NCBI GenBank assembly: GCA_965246715.1
Contig: CBDFFH010000047.1
Coordinates: 96,001-160,000 of the forward strand
DNA from: Chamaesiphon sp.
Lineage (GTDB): Bacteria; Cyanobacteriota; Cyanobacteriia; Cyanobacteriales; Chamaesiphonaceae
Direction: 5' to 3'
Length of the DNA stretch: 64,000 nt
Positions 26,940-37,974 of this stretch are shown here, one piece after another. The notes under the pieces are model-generated. The model saw only the letters and a program-made list of their open reading frames with translations. It ran no database searches and was not told where the DNA came from. Position 1 is the stretch's first letter. Each line of letters begins with the position of its first letter. Made by a program: the position numbers and the translations under genes.

Positions 26940-28295
26940 ATGAAAAAAGCCACTGTTATTGGGTTGGGTCGATCGGGTATTGCCGCCTCCAAACTATTAC
27001 TGAAGCATGGTTATGCTGTCACTCTCAGCGATAGTAATACCAATCCCAGTCTCGAAGCTCAACAGCAAGAATTAGCGAAAATTGGGATTAATGTTAAATT
27101 AGGCGATCGATTTACCCCTACAGAAGATCTCGATCTGCTCGTCGTTAGTCCCGGCGTACCTTGGGATATCACCCCACTAGTCAAAGCGAGAGAAATGGGG
27201 ATCGATACGATCGGTGAAATGGAATTAGCATGGCGATATCTTCAAGATATTCCCTGGGTAGCAATTACGGGAACTAATGGAAAAACCACTACTACTGCGA
27301 TCGTCAATGCGATTTTTCAGGCTGCGGGATTAAACACGATCGCGTGTGGAAATATCGGTTTTGCTGCTTGTGAATTAGCTTTGTTAGATTCAAAGCCAGC
27401 TTGGATTATTGCCGAACTAAGCAGCTATCAAATTGAGTCATCACAATCATTAGCACCACAGATCGGTGTCTGGACGACATTGACTCCCGACCACTTGTCT
27501 CGGCATAAGAATGTCGATAATTATGCCGCAATTAAAGCTAAATTACTGCGCAGCTCTCACCATCAAATCATGAATGGTGACGATCCATATTTAGATAATT
27601 TAGGTAAGTCTGATTGGCAAACGGCATGTTGGACGAGCGTAAAAGGCAAGCAAGATCTCAATGGCAATCCCGAACTCGGGATTTGGATCGAAGATAATTG
27701 GGTGATATTTAGAGGCGATCGCATCTTGCCAGCAGATTCGCTCAAAATGCCTGGAGATCACAACCTCCAAAATCTATTATTAGCTGTAGCTGTAGCAAAA
27801 TTAGCGGGGATTGAGAATAGTGCGATCGCGAGTGCCGTCGCAAGTTTCCCTGGTGTCACCCACCGCTTAGAATATATTTGCACCTATGAAGGAGTGGATT
27901 ATATCAACGATAGTAAAGCCACAAATTATGATGCCGCAGATGTCGGCTTAACGGCAGTAAAAGCACCTGTAATTTTGATTGCTGGTGGCGAAGCTAAAGA
28001 AGGTGACGATCTGGCTTGGTTGGAAACCATTAAACAAAAAGCGGCAGCAGTATTATTAATTGGAGCTGCTGCCAACCAATTTGCCGATCGATTGCAATTT
28101 GTGGGCTATCATAATTTTGAAATCGTCGAAATAATGGCAAATGCGGTCACTCGATCGATCGAACTAGCGCGCACACATCAGGCAAAAGTTGTATTACTAT
28201 CCCCCGCCTGTGCGAGTTTCGACCAGTACAGCAGTTTTGAAGCGCGCGGCGATGATTTTCGCCAGTTATGTCAAGCCATATCAAAATCAGCATAA
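26940..28295 (+). CDS. murD: UDP-N-acetylmuramoyl-L-alanine:D-glutamate ligase
   Basis: [46 protein letters not shown]. Confidence 0.96.
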   Translation: MKKATVIGLGRSGIAASKLLLKHGYAVTLSDSNTNPSLEAQQQELAKIGINVKLGDRFTPTEDLDLLVVSPGVPWDITPLVKAREMGIDTIGEMELAWRYLQDIPWVAITGTNGKTTTTAIVNAIFQAAGLNTIACGNIGFAACELALLDSKPAWIIAELSSYQIESSQSLAPQIGVWTTLTPDHLSRHKNVDNYAAIKAKLLRSSHHQIMNGDDPYLDNLGKSDWQTACWTSVKGKQDLNGNPELGIWIEDNWVIFRGDRILPADSLKMPGDHNLQNLLLAVAVAKLAGIENSAIASAVASFPGVTHRLEYICTYEGVDYINDSKATNYDAADVGLTAVKAPVILIAGGEAKEGDDLAWLETIKQKAAAVLLIGAAANQFADRLQFVGYHNFEIVEIMANAVTRSIELARTHQAKVVLLSPACASFDQYSSFEARGDDFRQLCQAISKSA

Positions 28296-28537
28296 CGATT
28301 ATACCTGAAAGCGGCAAATATACCTGTCTGACTTTGCGATCGCTGCTATAGTAGGAAATGAGTGCGATTGATATATATATAAGAAGATAGATGCTAAGGT
28401 CGAGCTGCGCACCTAGAAAATCTGCCGAGCGGACTGGCATACTATTGTTTAAATCGGCCAACTAACAAGAAGACTACCGAAAAGCTTACGCAAAAACTTT
28501 TCATGATTTATCACTAATAATTCATAATTTCCCCGCC

Positions 28538-30484
28538 ATGTTCGACAACCTCCGCGACATCATTCGCCATTGGTGGATGGAGTTTACCCTCCAGACAAAA
28601 CTGATGGGAGCAGCTACTTTAGTGGTGTCGCTGATTGTGAGTGGCTTAACCTTTTGGGCTGTCAATACCATTCAAGCAGATGCGCGGATCAACGATACGC
28701 GCTTTGGACGGGATTTAGGGCTACTTTTAGCGGCGAATATCGCCCCGCAATTAGCAGAAAACGATCTAACTACGGTAGCGCGGTTTTCTAATCGGTTCTA
28801 TCATAGTACTTCGAGTCTGCGCTACATCCTGTATGCTGACGATCTGGGTAATATCCGGTTGGGGATTCCCTTTTCTGAGTCAGAAGTGCAAAACTCGCTG
28901 ATGATCGAGCGGCGGATACATTTACCAGAAAGCAGCGCACACAATAAAGATCTACCATTAGTTCGCCAACATCAGACTCCCGAAGGTGTCGTTACAGATG
29001 TATTCGTACCGATCGAGCATGAAGGCAAATTTATCGGGACACTAGCGATCGGCATCAATCCCAATCCTACCGTAGTTGCGTCAACTGGACTGACTAGAGA
29101 TGTGACGATCGCGGTATTCGTCTCGATTTGGGTGATGGTATTATTAGGTGCGGTATTTAACGCCCTACAAATCACTAAGCCGATTAAAGAATTACTTTCG
29201 GGGGTTAAAAATATTGCCTCTGGTAACTTCAAACAACGGATCGATTTACCGCTCGGTGGCGAGCTAGGTGAATTGATCGATAGCTTTAATGAAATGGCCG
29301 AAAAGCTGGAAATATTTGAAGAGCAAAATATCGACGAATTAACTGCCGAAAAAGCTAAACTAGAAACGCTAGTTACCACGATCGCTGATGGTGCGATCCT
29401 GATCGATAACGATTTACATATCGTCTTAGTCAATCCCAACGCGCGCCGCTTTTTTGCTTGGGATACGCTCGATCTAAATGGCACAAATATCCTGCACGTT
29501 CTACCTGGCAGCGTTTCCGCCGAACTCACTCGTCCGCTGTATCAAGTTGCCGCAGGCAAACAAGAAGGCGAAGAGTTTCGGATTACCCTAACACAACCGA
29601 TCCAGCGTACCGTTAGGATCTTAATTACTAGCGTTCTCGATACTGCGAAAGAAAACGTCCGTGCGATCGCCATGACGGTGCAAGATATCACCCGCGAAGT
29701 TGAATTAAACGAAGCAAAAAGTCAATTTATCAGTAACGTTTCGCACGAACTGAGAACGCCACTATTTAATATCAAATCATTCATCGAAACGCTGCATGAT
29801 TATGGGGACGAACTCAGCGAAGCCGAACGTAGTGAATTCCTCGATACCGCCAATCGCGAAACAGATCGCTTGACGCGATTGGTAAACGATGTTCTAGATT
29901 TATCCAAGCTCGAATCCTCGCACACATATCAATTCGATGCCGTCGAATTGGATCGATCGATCGAACAAACTTTACGGACGTATCAACTCAACGCCAAAGA
30001 CAAGGAAATCGAACTCTGTCAAGATATCGAACCCGAACTGCCAGCAGTCTTGGGTAATTACGATCTGATCCTCCAGATCCTCGCGAATCTAGTCGGGAAT
30101 GCCCTCAAATTCACTAAATCGGGTGGGAAAGTCACAATCCGCGCTCGGCGGGTACCATTGACCGCAGAACCCGGAGAAGGCAGCACTTCTGCTGTCGTCA
30201 GGGTCGAAATTATCGATACTGGGATCGGCATCGATCCTGAAGATCAACGCGCGATCTTCGATCGATTCTTCCGCGTCGAAAACCGCGTTCACACTCTAGA
30301 AGGAACTGGCTTAGGACTCTCGATCGTTCAAAATATCATCGAAAAACATCACAGTCAAGTTCACATCACTAGTGCCGTTGGTGTCGGGACTACGTTCTGG
30401 TTCGATCTTGCCATTCATCAACCGCAACTGCAACAGAAAGAAGATCTCATGCTGACAGCTTCGTCTGGAGCTGTTAACTTGTAA
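28538..30484 (+). CDS. nblS: Stress-sensing histidine kinase NblS/Hik33/DspA (TM-HAMP-PAS-HisKA-HATPase)
   Basis: WWMEFTLQTKLMGAATLVVSL, DARINDTRFGRDLGLLLAAN, NVSHELRTPLFNIKSF, FFRVENRVHTLEGTGLGL. Confidence 0.93.
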   Translation: MFDNLRDIIRHWWMEFTLQTKLMGAATLVVSLIVSGLTFWAVNTIQADARINDTRFGRDLGLLLAANIAPQLAENDLTTVARFSNRFYHSTSSLRYILYADDLGNIRLGIPFSESEVQNSLMIERRIHLPESSAHNKDLPLVRQHQTPEGVVTDVFVPIEHEGKFIGTLAIGINPNPTVVASTGLTRDVTIAVFVSIWVMVLLGAVFNALQITKPIKELLSGVKNIASGNFKQRIDLPLGGELGELIDSFNEMAEKLEIFEEQNIDELTAEKAKLETLVTTIADGAILIDNDLHIVLVNPNARRFFAWDTLDLNGTNILHVLPGSVSAELTRPLYQVAAGKQEGEEFRITLTQPIQRTVRILITSVLDTAKENVRAIAMTVQDITREVELNEAKSQFISNVSHELRTPLFNIKSFIETLHDYGDELSEAERSEFLDTANRETDRLTRLVNDVLDLSKLESSHTYQFDAVELDRSIEQTLRTYQLNAKDKEIELCQDIEPELPAVLGNYDLILQILANLVGNALKFTKSGGKVTIRARRVPLTAEPGEGSTSAVVRVEIIDTGIGIDPEDQRAIFDRFFRVENRVHTLEGTGLGLSIVQNIIEKHHSQVHITSAVGVGTTFWFDLAIHQPQLQQKEDLMLTASSGAVNL

Positions 30485-30534
30485 GGCGATCGTGAAAGCC
30501 TAGATCCGTAACATCGCCAGAGATATATCGATGG

Positions 30535-30673
30535 CTCAAGAATATAGTACAGCACTTCCGACAGCTATCAGGTACAGTACAAGTCCTGAAAGTTAGTCAG
30601 AGAGCAATCTAAGGATAGAAAAGAGTGTGCCTCATGACAGCCGGAAGCGCTGTATCGAATAAGTAACTTGAGA
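30535..30673. ncRNA. Candidate structured non-coding RNA (family unknown)
   Basis: Nested stems TACAGC.CTTCCG/CGGAAG.GCTGTA, GCT.TCA/TGA.AGC, AGGTACA/TGTGCCT, GTCCT/AGGAT and AGA-GCAA-TCT; outer CTCAAG/CTTGAG. Confidence 0.35.
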
Positions 30674-30915
30674 AACAAGTTAACAAGTTAGATTATCTCA
30701 CATGCAATAATCCCGCGACAGACGACTCGATCGCATCTTTGTCCTGGGCATCGCACCGCAGATCGGGCGCAAGCATTTACAATCATATTAAGGATACCAA
30801 ATCGAGAATAATTAGCCGCGAGCGAAGCAAACAAGTTCCAAGCCGCCCTTGTGAACGGTCACAAATGCAAAGTTTTGCTGTAATCCAAAATCCAAAATCC
30901 AAAATCCAAAATCGA

Positions 30916-32352
30916 ATGACAGTCAGAGTTCGCATTGCACCTAGCCCCACAGGTAACTTACACATCGGGACAGCCCGCACCGCTGTCTTCAACTGGTTAT
31001 TTGCCCGCCATCTAAGTGGTACATTCATTCTCCGGATTGAAGATACCGATACCGAACGATCGAAACCCGAATATACCCAAAATATCCTCGACGGCATGAA
31101 GTGGTTGGGCTTAAATTGGGATGAGGGGCCATTATTTCAATCCCAACGCCTGGAATTATATCGCCAGTCGATTCAGAAATTATTAGATAACGGTAGTGCT
31201 TATTGCTGCTACACCAGCACTGAAGAACTCGATGAACTTCGCGCCGCACAGGAAGCCAACAACCAAGCGCCACGCTACGACAATCGCCACCGCAATCTCA
31301 CTCCCGAACAAGAAGCAGCATTTATCGCCGAAGGTCGTCGTCCAGTGATTCGGTTTAAGATTGAAGACGATCGCGAAATTCATTGGCAAGATTTAGTTAG
31401 AGATAATGTCTCCTGGAAAGGTAGCGATTTAGGTGGGGATATGGTCATCTCCCGCGCCGCCGATGAAAATGATGTCGGACAACCGCTATACAATCTGGCG
31501 GTGGTCGTTGATGATATCGATATGAATATCACCCATGTCATTCGCGGTGAGGATCATATTGCCAATACTGCCAAGCAAATCTTGTTGTATGAAGGTTTGG
31601 GCGTGAAGGTACCAACATTCGCCCATACGCCCTTAATTTTGAGCGTAACCGGCAAGAAACTATCGAAACGCGATGGTGTAACCTCGATCGATGATTTCAA
31701 GCAAATGGGCTATCTCGCCCCAGCTTTGGTCAATTATATGACGCTACTGGGCTGGTCGGCTCCTGATGCCGAGGAGTTATTTACACTTGACGAAGCAGCG
31801 AAACAGTTTGATTTCGATCGCGTGAATAAAGCTGGTGCTAAGTTCGACTGGGATAAACTCAACTGGATTAACAGTCAGTATATCCATCCAATGCCCGCAG
31901 AACAACTGGTCGAGCTATTAATTCCCTATTGGCAGGATGCGGGATTTGAATTCGATCTCGAGAAAGATCGATCGTGGTTGCTCGCCCTTACTAATCTGAT
32001 TGGTGCGAGTTTAGCACGCCTGGACGAATGCGTCGAAATCAGTCGGACATTTTTTACCGACACTGCTACTCCCAATGAGGAAGCAACTGCTAAACTCAGC
32101 CAGCCAGGAGCGAAGGAAGTTTTAACCAGCTTAGGCGCAGCCTTAAAAGCTCAGCCAGATTTGACAGAGAGCGAGGCACAGGAACTCATTAAGGCGGTGA
32201 CAAAAGAGCAAAATGTCAAAAAGGGTGTCACCATGCAAAGTCTGCGTGCTGCGCTCACTGGTGAGGTTCACGGGCCGGATCTGATGCAATCTTTGCTGTT
32301 ACTCCATCAACATCAGTTAGCCGTACCTCGGATCGAGCGCGCGATCGGCTAA
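30916..32352 (+). CDS. gltX: Glutamate--tRNA ligase
   Basis: [15 protein letters not shown] (HIGH), [14 protein letters not shown] (KMSKS). The listed ORF's upstream extension is repeat-derived. Confidence 0.96.
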   Translation: MTVRVRIAPSPTGNLHIGTARTAVFNWLFARHLSGTFILRIEDTDTERSKPEYTQNILDGMKWLGLNWDEGPLFQSQRLELYRQSIQKLLDNGSAYCCYTSTEELDELRAAQEANNQAPRYDNRHRNLTPEQEAAFIAEGRRPVIRFKIEDDREIHWQDLVRDNVSWKGSDLGGDMVISRAADENDVGQPLYNLAVVVDDIDMNITHVIRGEDHIANTAKQILLYEGLGVKVPTFAHTPLILSVTGKKLSKRDGVTSIDDFKQMGYLAPALVNYMTLLGWSAPDAEELFTLDEAAKQFDFDRVNKAGAKFDWDKLNWINSQYIHPMPAEQLVELLIPYWQDAGFEFDLEKDRSWLLALTNLIGASLARLDECVEISRTFFTDTATPNEEATAKLSQPGAKEVLTSLGAALKAQPDLTESEAQELIKAVTKEQNVKKGVTMQSLRAALTGEVHGPDLMQSLLLLHQHQLAVPRIERAIG

Positions 32353-32362
32353 TAATATTAAT

Positions 32363-32440
32363 GTAGATCCAGGGTATCCACAAGGGGCACCCCTACAGGT
32401 TAATTGTGTCGGGGTGCCCCTTGCGGGTACCCTCAGATCT
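32363..32440. repeat. Inverted pair of REP-like palindromes downstream of gltX
   Basis: AGGGTATCCACAAGGGGCACCCCTAC ... GTCGGGGTGCCCCTTGCGGGTACCCT. Confidence 0.65.
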
Positions 32441-32645
32441 CAGCTTTTGCTAGTCCTTATGTATTGCGGCAAGATGTGAGTTAATCAATTCAACAGGATG
32501 CGAGCGTAACTGCGATCGCATCCTGTTGGCTGGTCAAATTGATGTTAGATAACAACAATTAAGATCTGTAGCATAAGTTTCACCGATCGGTATAACTTAG
32601 GATTGGGCATACTTGATATATCCAGGATCTTAATCAGAAATACTA

Positions 32646-33160
32646 TGATGAAATATTTATCTACAGCCACCTTAATTCTGGCATCATTATCGATCGGCGC
32701 TAGCAGCGTTGTGGCACAGTCAAATTCTAACCAGACTCCCATTATCGACGGCTCCAATGGCGGACAGGCAAATGGTAATGCCGTCAACCAAGGTAATGCA
32801 CAAACCAGTCAAAGTAACTCCACCGGTCAAACGAATAGTCAGCAAGTCATCTATCCCAACATCCCGATCAATCCGATCTTTCAAAGCCCTGTCAATACTG
32901 AAAACGATCTGGGGATCAATCTCGGCGGAGCGATCAACACATTGGATGGTAGAAATGTAACTGTCTTCCTCGGAATCACTTATCAGCCGGGACGCACTGA
33001 CGATCACAATGCGCGCATGGCCAAATTGAAATCAGAAACTCAACTACTCGAATCCCAAAGAAACGCCACTCAAACCCAACTGCAACTCCTCAAACAGCAA
33101 GTAACAGAGCAAGAAATTCGGTTGAGAAGAATGCAATCAGAACAGGTTGTGCCTAAATAA
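32646..33160 (+). CDS. Hypothetical exported protein, N/Q-rich with C-terminal coiled coil
   Basis: Signal peptide (MKYLSTATLILASLSIGASSVVAQ) and heptad-rich C-terminus. Confidence 0.65.
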
Positions 33161-33372
33161 CGTGAGTTCGGGTTAAAGATGTCCACTTAATGACTCCTAG
33201 CTTCGTTTCTGAACCGCCCTCAAATGAATTAGTTGCTCATAGCAAAAGTTCGTTTCAACGAACTAATCAATTGGGCAGTTCTCTTCAGAGAACTTTTGCT
33301 ATTAGCCCGAACTTATAGTTCAGGGCGGTGCTTGAACGGAGCAGATCGATTTTCCTTATCCCGAACTCACGT
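33160..33372. mobile_element. MITE-like element (ACGTGAGTTCGGG family) with a different REP-doublet cargo
   Basis: Termini ACGTGAGTTCGGGTTAA / TTATCCCGAACTCACGT; TSD TAAATA at 33154-33159 and 33373-33378; cargo resembles 41546-41660. Confidence 0.8.
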
Positions 33373-33530
33373 TAAATAATGCTTGATTGGAGTATTCCAT
33401 TCGCGGAACTATATTGAGGAGGGTAGGTTTTGTTCGAGATCGATAGTCAGGCTCTGAGGATACTTGCATAAACCTATCCCCACAGATTCTCAATTTACGA
33501 TCGCGATTGAAGCATTACAGTGAAATGTGC

Positions 33531-34268
33531 TTACGTCCATTCGGCATTCGATCGATCTTCCAAGTCGCGAATTTCCTGTTGGAGACTTTGCCAATCGACT
33601 GTACTGCTCGGTCGATCGAATGCTAATTTTCCATCTTGGAGATAGAGCGATCGATCGCTAAATTTTACCGCTAACTCCAATTGATGATTGACAATTATCG
33701 CTCCCATATTTTGAGATTTACAAAGATTATAAATAAACTCTAAGATGCGTTCGGCGGTAGTAAAATCTAAGTTAGCGATCGGTTCGTCGAGTAATAATAT
33801 TTGCGGTTGAGTAATCAATCCTCTGGCGATCGAGACTAGTTGTTTTTGTCCGGTAGAAAGTTGTGATTCAAGGCGATCGAACCATTCGGTCGGGATCTGC
33901 AAGCGTTCGGTAATATTCACGATTCGCTGTTTGATTTCGGCTGAATCTAGTGATTGTAATTGCAATGGATAAGCCAGCGCCTCCCGCACTTTCATCCCCA
34001 ATAATTTAGGCTCTTGACCGACTAGCATAATCCGCCGCCGTAAGGCGACTGGGGGTATGGTGCAATAGTCGATTCCCGCTAGAGATATCTCCCCAGCTGT
34101 CGGCTCGCTGAGTCGATTTATCAGTCGAAGGAGCGTACTTTTGCCAGCTCCTGTCAGTCCGGTTACGGCGATGCATTCTCCTGCCGCTAGACTCAATGAA
34201 ATATCGGTGAGCAGCGGTTGGGTAAAATTTGCTGGCGTATAACTAATTCGATCGAGTTGAAGTAGCAA
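33531..34268 (-). CDS. ABC transporter ATP-binding protein
   Basis: GLTGAGKST, LSTGQKQ, LLLDEP, VNH. Confidence 0.9.
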   Translation of the reverse strand: MLLQLDRISYTPANFTQPLLTDISLSLAAGECIAVTGLTGAGKSTLLRLINRLSEPTAGEISLAGIDYCTIPPVALRRRIMLVGQEPKLLGMKVREALAYPLQLQSLDSAEIKQRIVNITERLQIPTEWFDRLESQLSTGQKQLVSIARGLITQPQILLLDEPIANLDFTTAERILEFIYNLCKSQNMGAIIVNHQLELAVKFSDRSLYLQDGKLAFDRPSSTVDWQSLQQEIRDLEDRSNAEWT

Positions 34269-34308
34269 GCTGGTTGTTGGTTATTAGTTATTAGCGATCG
34301 ACGAACGG

Positions 34309-35154
34309 TTATTTATTTAAATTGTGTGCCCGATAAAAAGTTTCTAGACTATTAATATCGCCGACAAAGCGCCAATGCCAGGGTTCGTAACTAACTTTCT
34401 GAATATTTCCTTTAGGAAAAGATAGCTCGAAACTGTACTTTGCCGCATTTGCTTTAAGCCATTTATAGGCAGGCGTAGTGTCAAAGTTTTGATTTAAATT
34501 AGTCGCAGCAACTCCACTGTCACCAACATCGACTGCATAACCAGTATGATGCTCGCTATACTTCGGCGGTGCGCTGACTTCGGCGCGTTTGGTCGGCTGT
34601 TGGCCGCGTTCGGCTCCTACGCCAAAAAACAGCCGTTTTTGATCTTCAACCGATCGAAATGCCGAAATCGTGGTGATATTTATCCCCTGAGATCGCGCAT
34701 CGGTGACCATTGCTTGAAATTTAGCCGCAGCGGCTTTGCGCAACCGATAACCGCCACCGATGGCGACTAATTCGGCTTCTGGAGCCTCAGTATACGATAG
34801 GTGGTTTAAGACGTTATCTGCATCAGGGGACTGACTAGAGGCCGTTGTCGTACTAGCTACGGTAGCTGGTGCAGGATTAGAATTTGAGGTCGCAGGCGCA
34901 TTATGTGACATGGTGGCAAAGACAAAAGCAGTGCCGCCAGCAAGTAGTAATACTCCCAACCCGATCGCAATCATCCCGATCGGTAGTTGTTTTTTAGGGG
35001 CTACACTACTTGAGGGAGTTTGCAATCTGGCGCTTCGACCATCGCGCAAGGCTGCGGGAATGTCTTCGGCTTTACCTAGATTAGCCGAGTTATTTGCTGG
35101 TCTAGACCGATCTGAATTACTCAACTTTTGCTCCCTGGTGCGACTATATTGCAT
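34309..35154 (-). CDS. D-Ala-D-Ala carboxypeptidase (M15B/VanY-like), membrane anchored
   Basis: SAFRS, SAPPKYSEHHTGYAVD, YEPWHWRF. Confidence 0.92.
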   Translation of the reverse strand: MQYSRTREQKLSNSDRSRPANNSANLGKAEDIPAALRDGRSARLQTPSSSVAPKKQLPIGMIAIGLGVLLLAGGTAFVFATMSHNAPATSNSNPAPATVASTTTASSQSPDADNVLNHLSYTEAPEAELVAIGGGYRLRKAAAAKFQAMVTDARSQGINITTISAFRSVEDQKRLFFGVGAERGQQPTKRAEVSAPPKYSEHHTGYAVDVGDSGVAATNLNQNFDTTPAYKWLKANAAKYSFELSFPKGNIQKVSYEPWHWRFVGDINSLETFYRAHNLNK

Positions 35155-35254
35155 TCTGACATAGAGTTGATGTCTATCGATCCTGAAAATACTGATTTGT
35201 CAGCATCATCTTAGTTTCAGTATTCCCAATCAGGAGACGAGTTACCCACGTCGA

Positions 35255-36463
35255 TTAAAGGGAAGACTTCAACTGCTGTAAAGCTTGCACCAACTCTTGG
35301 GCGGTTTGATAGCGCTCGCGCGGTCGCCGTTGCGTGACTTTATCGATTAGTGATTGTAACGCAGTTGGTACGTTGGGAACTTGGGTGATATTAAAGCGGT
35401 ACCCATCCGGTTGCAACTCCAAAAAATCAGCCGGATTGCGCCCGGTAATTAGAAAAATTATCGTCGGGCCGATTGCATATAAGTCTGACTGAGTACAGGG
35501 TTTACCGTTATTTTGCTCTGGTGCCATATAATCTGGTGCCCCAATCTTCGTCCCGCCTAAAGTACCGATTTCTTTAACCGCACCGAAATCGAGCAAGAAG
35601 ATGCGTTTATCGATCGTCCGCACTAATAAATTAGCTGGTTTAATATCGCGATGGATCAGCGGCGGCTGGGCAGCATGAATATAACCCAGAATATCGCACA
35701 ATTGGATCGTCCAATCGATTGCTCGCGCTAAGGTTACCGCACCACGATCGAATACATACCGCTCCAAGTCTTGCCCATGAATCAGTTCCATTGCTAAATA
35801 TTTACGTTGGTGCTCGACAAAGAAATCATAATACTCGGGAATGCCGGGATGATGCAGGCTTTGGAGGATTTTGGCTTCGCGCTCGAATAATTCCTGCGCT
35901 TTGGCAATTTCAGCCATATCCGCATTCATTTCTTTGAGTACTAACAATTTATGCAGATCCCAAGCTAAATAAGTCGTCCCCATCCCGCCTTGTCCCAAGA
36001 TCTTCAGGATCTGATAATTACGAATCTGGTGACTGACAATAATCGGCTGTCCGCAGTGGATACAAAATAGGGTACCAGAGGGGTTATCTAGGTGGGTACA
36101 GCTCACCACAGGCACAACTGGCACGCTCGGTTTGACTGGTGCCACATCGAGTTGAATCGTTAATAACGCGCCGCCCTGTGATAATTGAATTCGATCGTTA
36201 TTTGTAACGAGAACGCGATCGATCGACAGATCGTTTACAAAGGTACCGTTAGCACCGCGATTGAAAATCTGCCAGTAGCCACCGCCTTGAGACAAGCTGG
36301 TATATTCGATCGTCGCATGCAGCCGCGAAATCGATGGTCGATCGACTACTACCTCATTATCTGGCGATCGACCGATCCGAATCGGTGCTGGCGGTACAAA
36401 TTCCCACTGCTGGATGGTCTGACTCCTACTATCGTCCCACAGGGAAATCTGAATATTTTTCAT
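35255..36463 (-). CDS. FHA + Zn-ribbon + Ser/Thr protein kinase
   Basis: IGRSPDN..SRLHA..ANGT (FHA), CTH..FCIHCG, LGQGGMGTTY, HRDIKPAN, DFG, YMAPE. Confidence 0.92.
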   Translation of the reverse strand: MKNIQISLWDDSRSQTIQQWEFVPPAPIRIGRSPDNEVVVDRPSISRLHATIEYTSLSQGGGYWQIFNRGANGTFVNDLSIDRVLVTNNDRIQLSQGGALLTIQLDVAPVKPSVPVVPVVSCTHLDNPSGTLFCIHCGQPIIVSHQIRNYQILKILGQGGMGTTYLAWDLHKLLVLKEMNADMAEIAKAQELFEREAKILQSLHHPGIPEYYDFFVEHQRKYLAMELIHGQDLERYVFDRGAVTLARAIDWTIQLCDILGYIHAAQPPLIHRDIKPANLLVRTIDKRIFLLDFGAVKEIGTLGGTKIGAPDYMAPEQNNGKPCTQSDLYAIGPTIIFLITGRNPADFLELQPDGYRFNITQVPNVPTALQSLIDKVTQRRPRERYQTAQELVQALQQLKSSL

Positions 36464-36776
36464 GGAGCTAGCGGCGTGTACGTAATAAGTAATTAGTAGT
36501 TTATGATTTGCGGCTTGTAATTGGAAAACACCACCTGTCACTAGTTACTATTATTCACCAGCCACTAACCATAATTCACTAAGTAGGGTTGTATAAATAT
36601 TATCGACGAGATTGAGCTTCGCGCAAACCGAGCTGGCATCGATCTTGCACTTGTGTCTTACTGCATTTACTCGTAATTACCCACAAATTTATCACAACAC
36701 GAACGAGGAGGCTTGTTTGAGTGGGATTAGGGATCGGGTAAAATGTGATGCTCAGATGTAAGTTATTGGTTGGCTG

Positions 36777-37973
36777 ATGAAAATTAATCGATCTGTTTTG
36801 GTTTCTGCCCGAAGATGGTCAAAGAAAACAATCTCGGTTATCACGATTTCGATCGCGATACTGGTAATTGTAATGGTAACTCATCCACTCGATCGATCTA
36901 GCGTCAATGCCCAGTCTCAACCGAAACCGTTAGCAACTCCGACACCAATTGCTACGCCTACACCAACGATTAATGGAAAAACGATTAAGGTTGCCACTAG
37001 GCTGATTTCACCTTTTGTAGTTGAACAGAATGGTGAACTCGGGGGCTTTAGTATCGAGCTGTGGCAGAATATCGCGCGCGAGTTAAAGATCGAATCAACT
37101 TTTCAGAAATATGCGAATGTCACAGATCTCTTGAATGCCGTTAAATCAAAACAGGCGGATTTAGCAATTTCAGCAATTTCAGTCACCTCGCAACGCGAAC
37201 AGTCTTTTGATTTCTCACAACCAATTTTTGATTCGGGATTGCAAATTTTAGTTCGCAGTCAAGGGTCACAAAGCGCGATCGGTAGATTGGTAAATTCGCT
37301 ATTTACACCAACGTTATTTCAATTATTAGGCATCATGGCACTAATTGTCTTAATTCCCGCACATATCATCTGGCTGGTAGAACGCAATCACAAGGGTGGA
37401 TTTTTAGAAAATAGTGCTTACTTCCCAGGTATTTTTAAAGCTTGTTGGTGGGCGGCGGCGACCCTAGCTACTCAAGCAGAGGAAATGCCTAAAAGTGCCT
37501 GGGGTCGGATTATGGCAGTAATTTGGATGTTTATCAGTGTGGTATTTATCGCCTACTTTACAGCGACAGTTACGGCATCACTCACTGTCGACCAACTTCA
37601 GAGTAATATTAAAGGCCCTGGCGATTTACCTGGCAAAAAAGTAGCAACGATCGTCGGTAGTACTTCGGCAAATTATCTCAGCCAACAAAAATTAGACGCG
37701 AAAGAATTCAAGCAAATAAATGAAGCTTATGATGCTTTAAATAATAGCGAAATCGATGCGATCGTTTATGATGCACCGATTTTACTATATTATGCAGCTC
37801 ATGATGGTAAAGGAAAAGTCCAAGTGGTTGGCAATATTTTCCGCAAAGAAAGTTATGCGATCGCCTTACCAAATGGTACGCCTTATCGCAAGCAAATCAA
37901 TAATGCCCTCCTTTCACTTCAAGAGAAAGGTACTTATCAGGAAATTTATGATAAATGGTTTACTAGCAAGTAA
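36777..37973 (+). CDS. GluR0-like ligand-binding (SBP3) / ion-channel fusion protein
   Basis: S1 (ISAISVTSQREQSFDFSQP), M1, pore helix (WWAAATLATQ), M2 (AYFTATVTASLT), S2 (GSTS, YDAP). Confidence 0.82.
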   Translation: MKINRSVLVSARRWSKKTISVITISIAILVIVMVTHPLDRSSVNAQSQPKPLATPTPIATPTPTINGKTIKVATRLISPFVVEQNGELGGFSIELWQNIARELKIESTFQKYANVTDLLNAVKSKQADLAISAISVTSQREQSFDFSQPIFDSGLQILVRSQGSQSAIGRLVNSLFTPTLFQLLGIMALIVLIPAHIIWLVERNHKGGFLENSAYFPGIFKACWWAAATLATQAEEMPKSAWGRIMAVIWMFISVVFIAYFTATVTASLTVDQLQSNIKGPGDLPGKKVATIVGSTSANYLSQQKLDAKEFKQINEAYDALNNSEIDAIVYDAPILLYYAAHDGKGKVQVVGNIFRKESYAIALPNGTPYRKQINNALLSLQEKGTYQEIYDKWFTSK

Positions 37974-37974
37974 C

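Noticed and set aside
23251..30484. rpaA, cpmA/larB and nblS as a functional circadian cluster
   Set aside because: They are interspersed with unrelated genes and on different strands; no operon evidence.
30535..30673. Assignment as 6S RNA, SRP RNA or a known riboswitch
   Set aside because: No recognisable conserved motifs and no purK context; kept only as an unknown candidate.
30819..30862. Possible further mini-insertion (GAGCGAAGCAAACAAGTTCCAAGCCGCCCTTGTGAACGGTCAC)
   Set aside because: Single copy in the window, so boundaries cannot be established.
30739..30915. N-terminal extension of GltX (likewise 17122-17199 and 56030-56176)
   Set aside because: Translated STRR/SDR repeats ([26 protein letters not shown]); conserved sequence starts at the downstream Met.
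32353..32600. tRNA gene downstream of gltX
   Set aside because: No cloverleaf or T-loop consensus; only REP-like palindromes.
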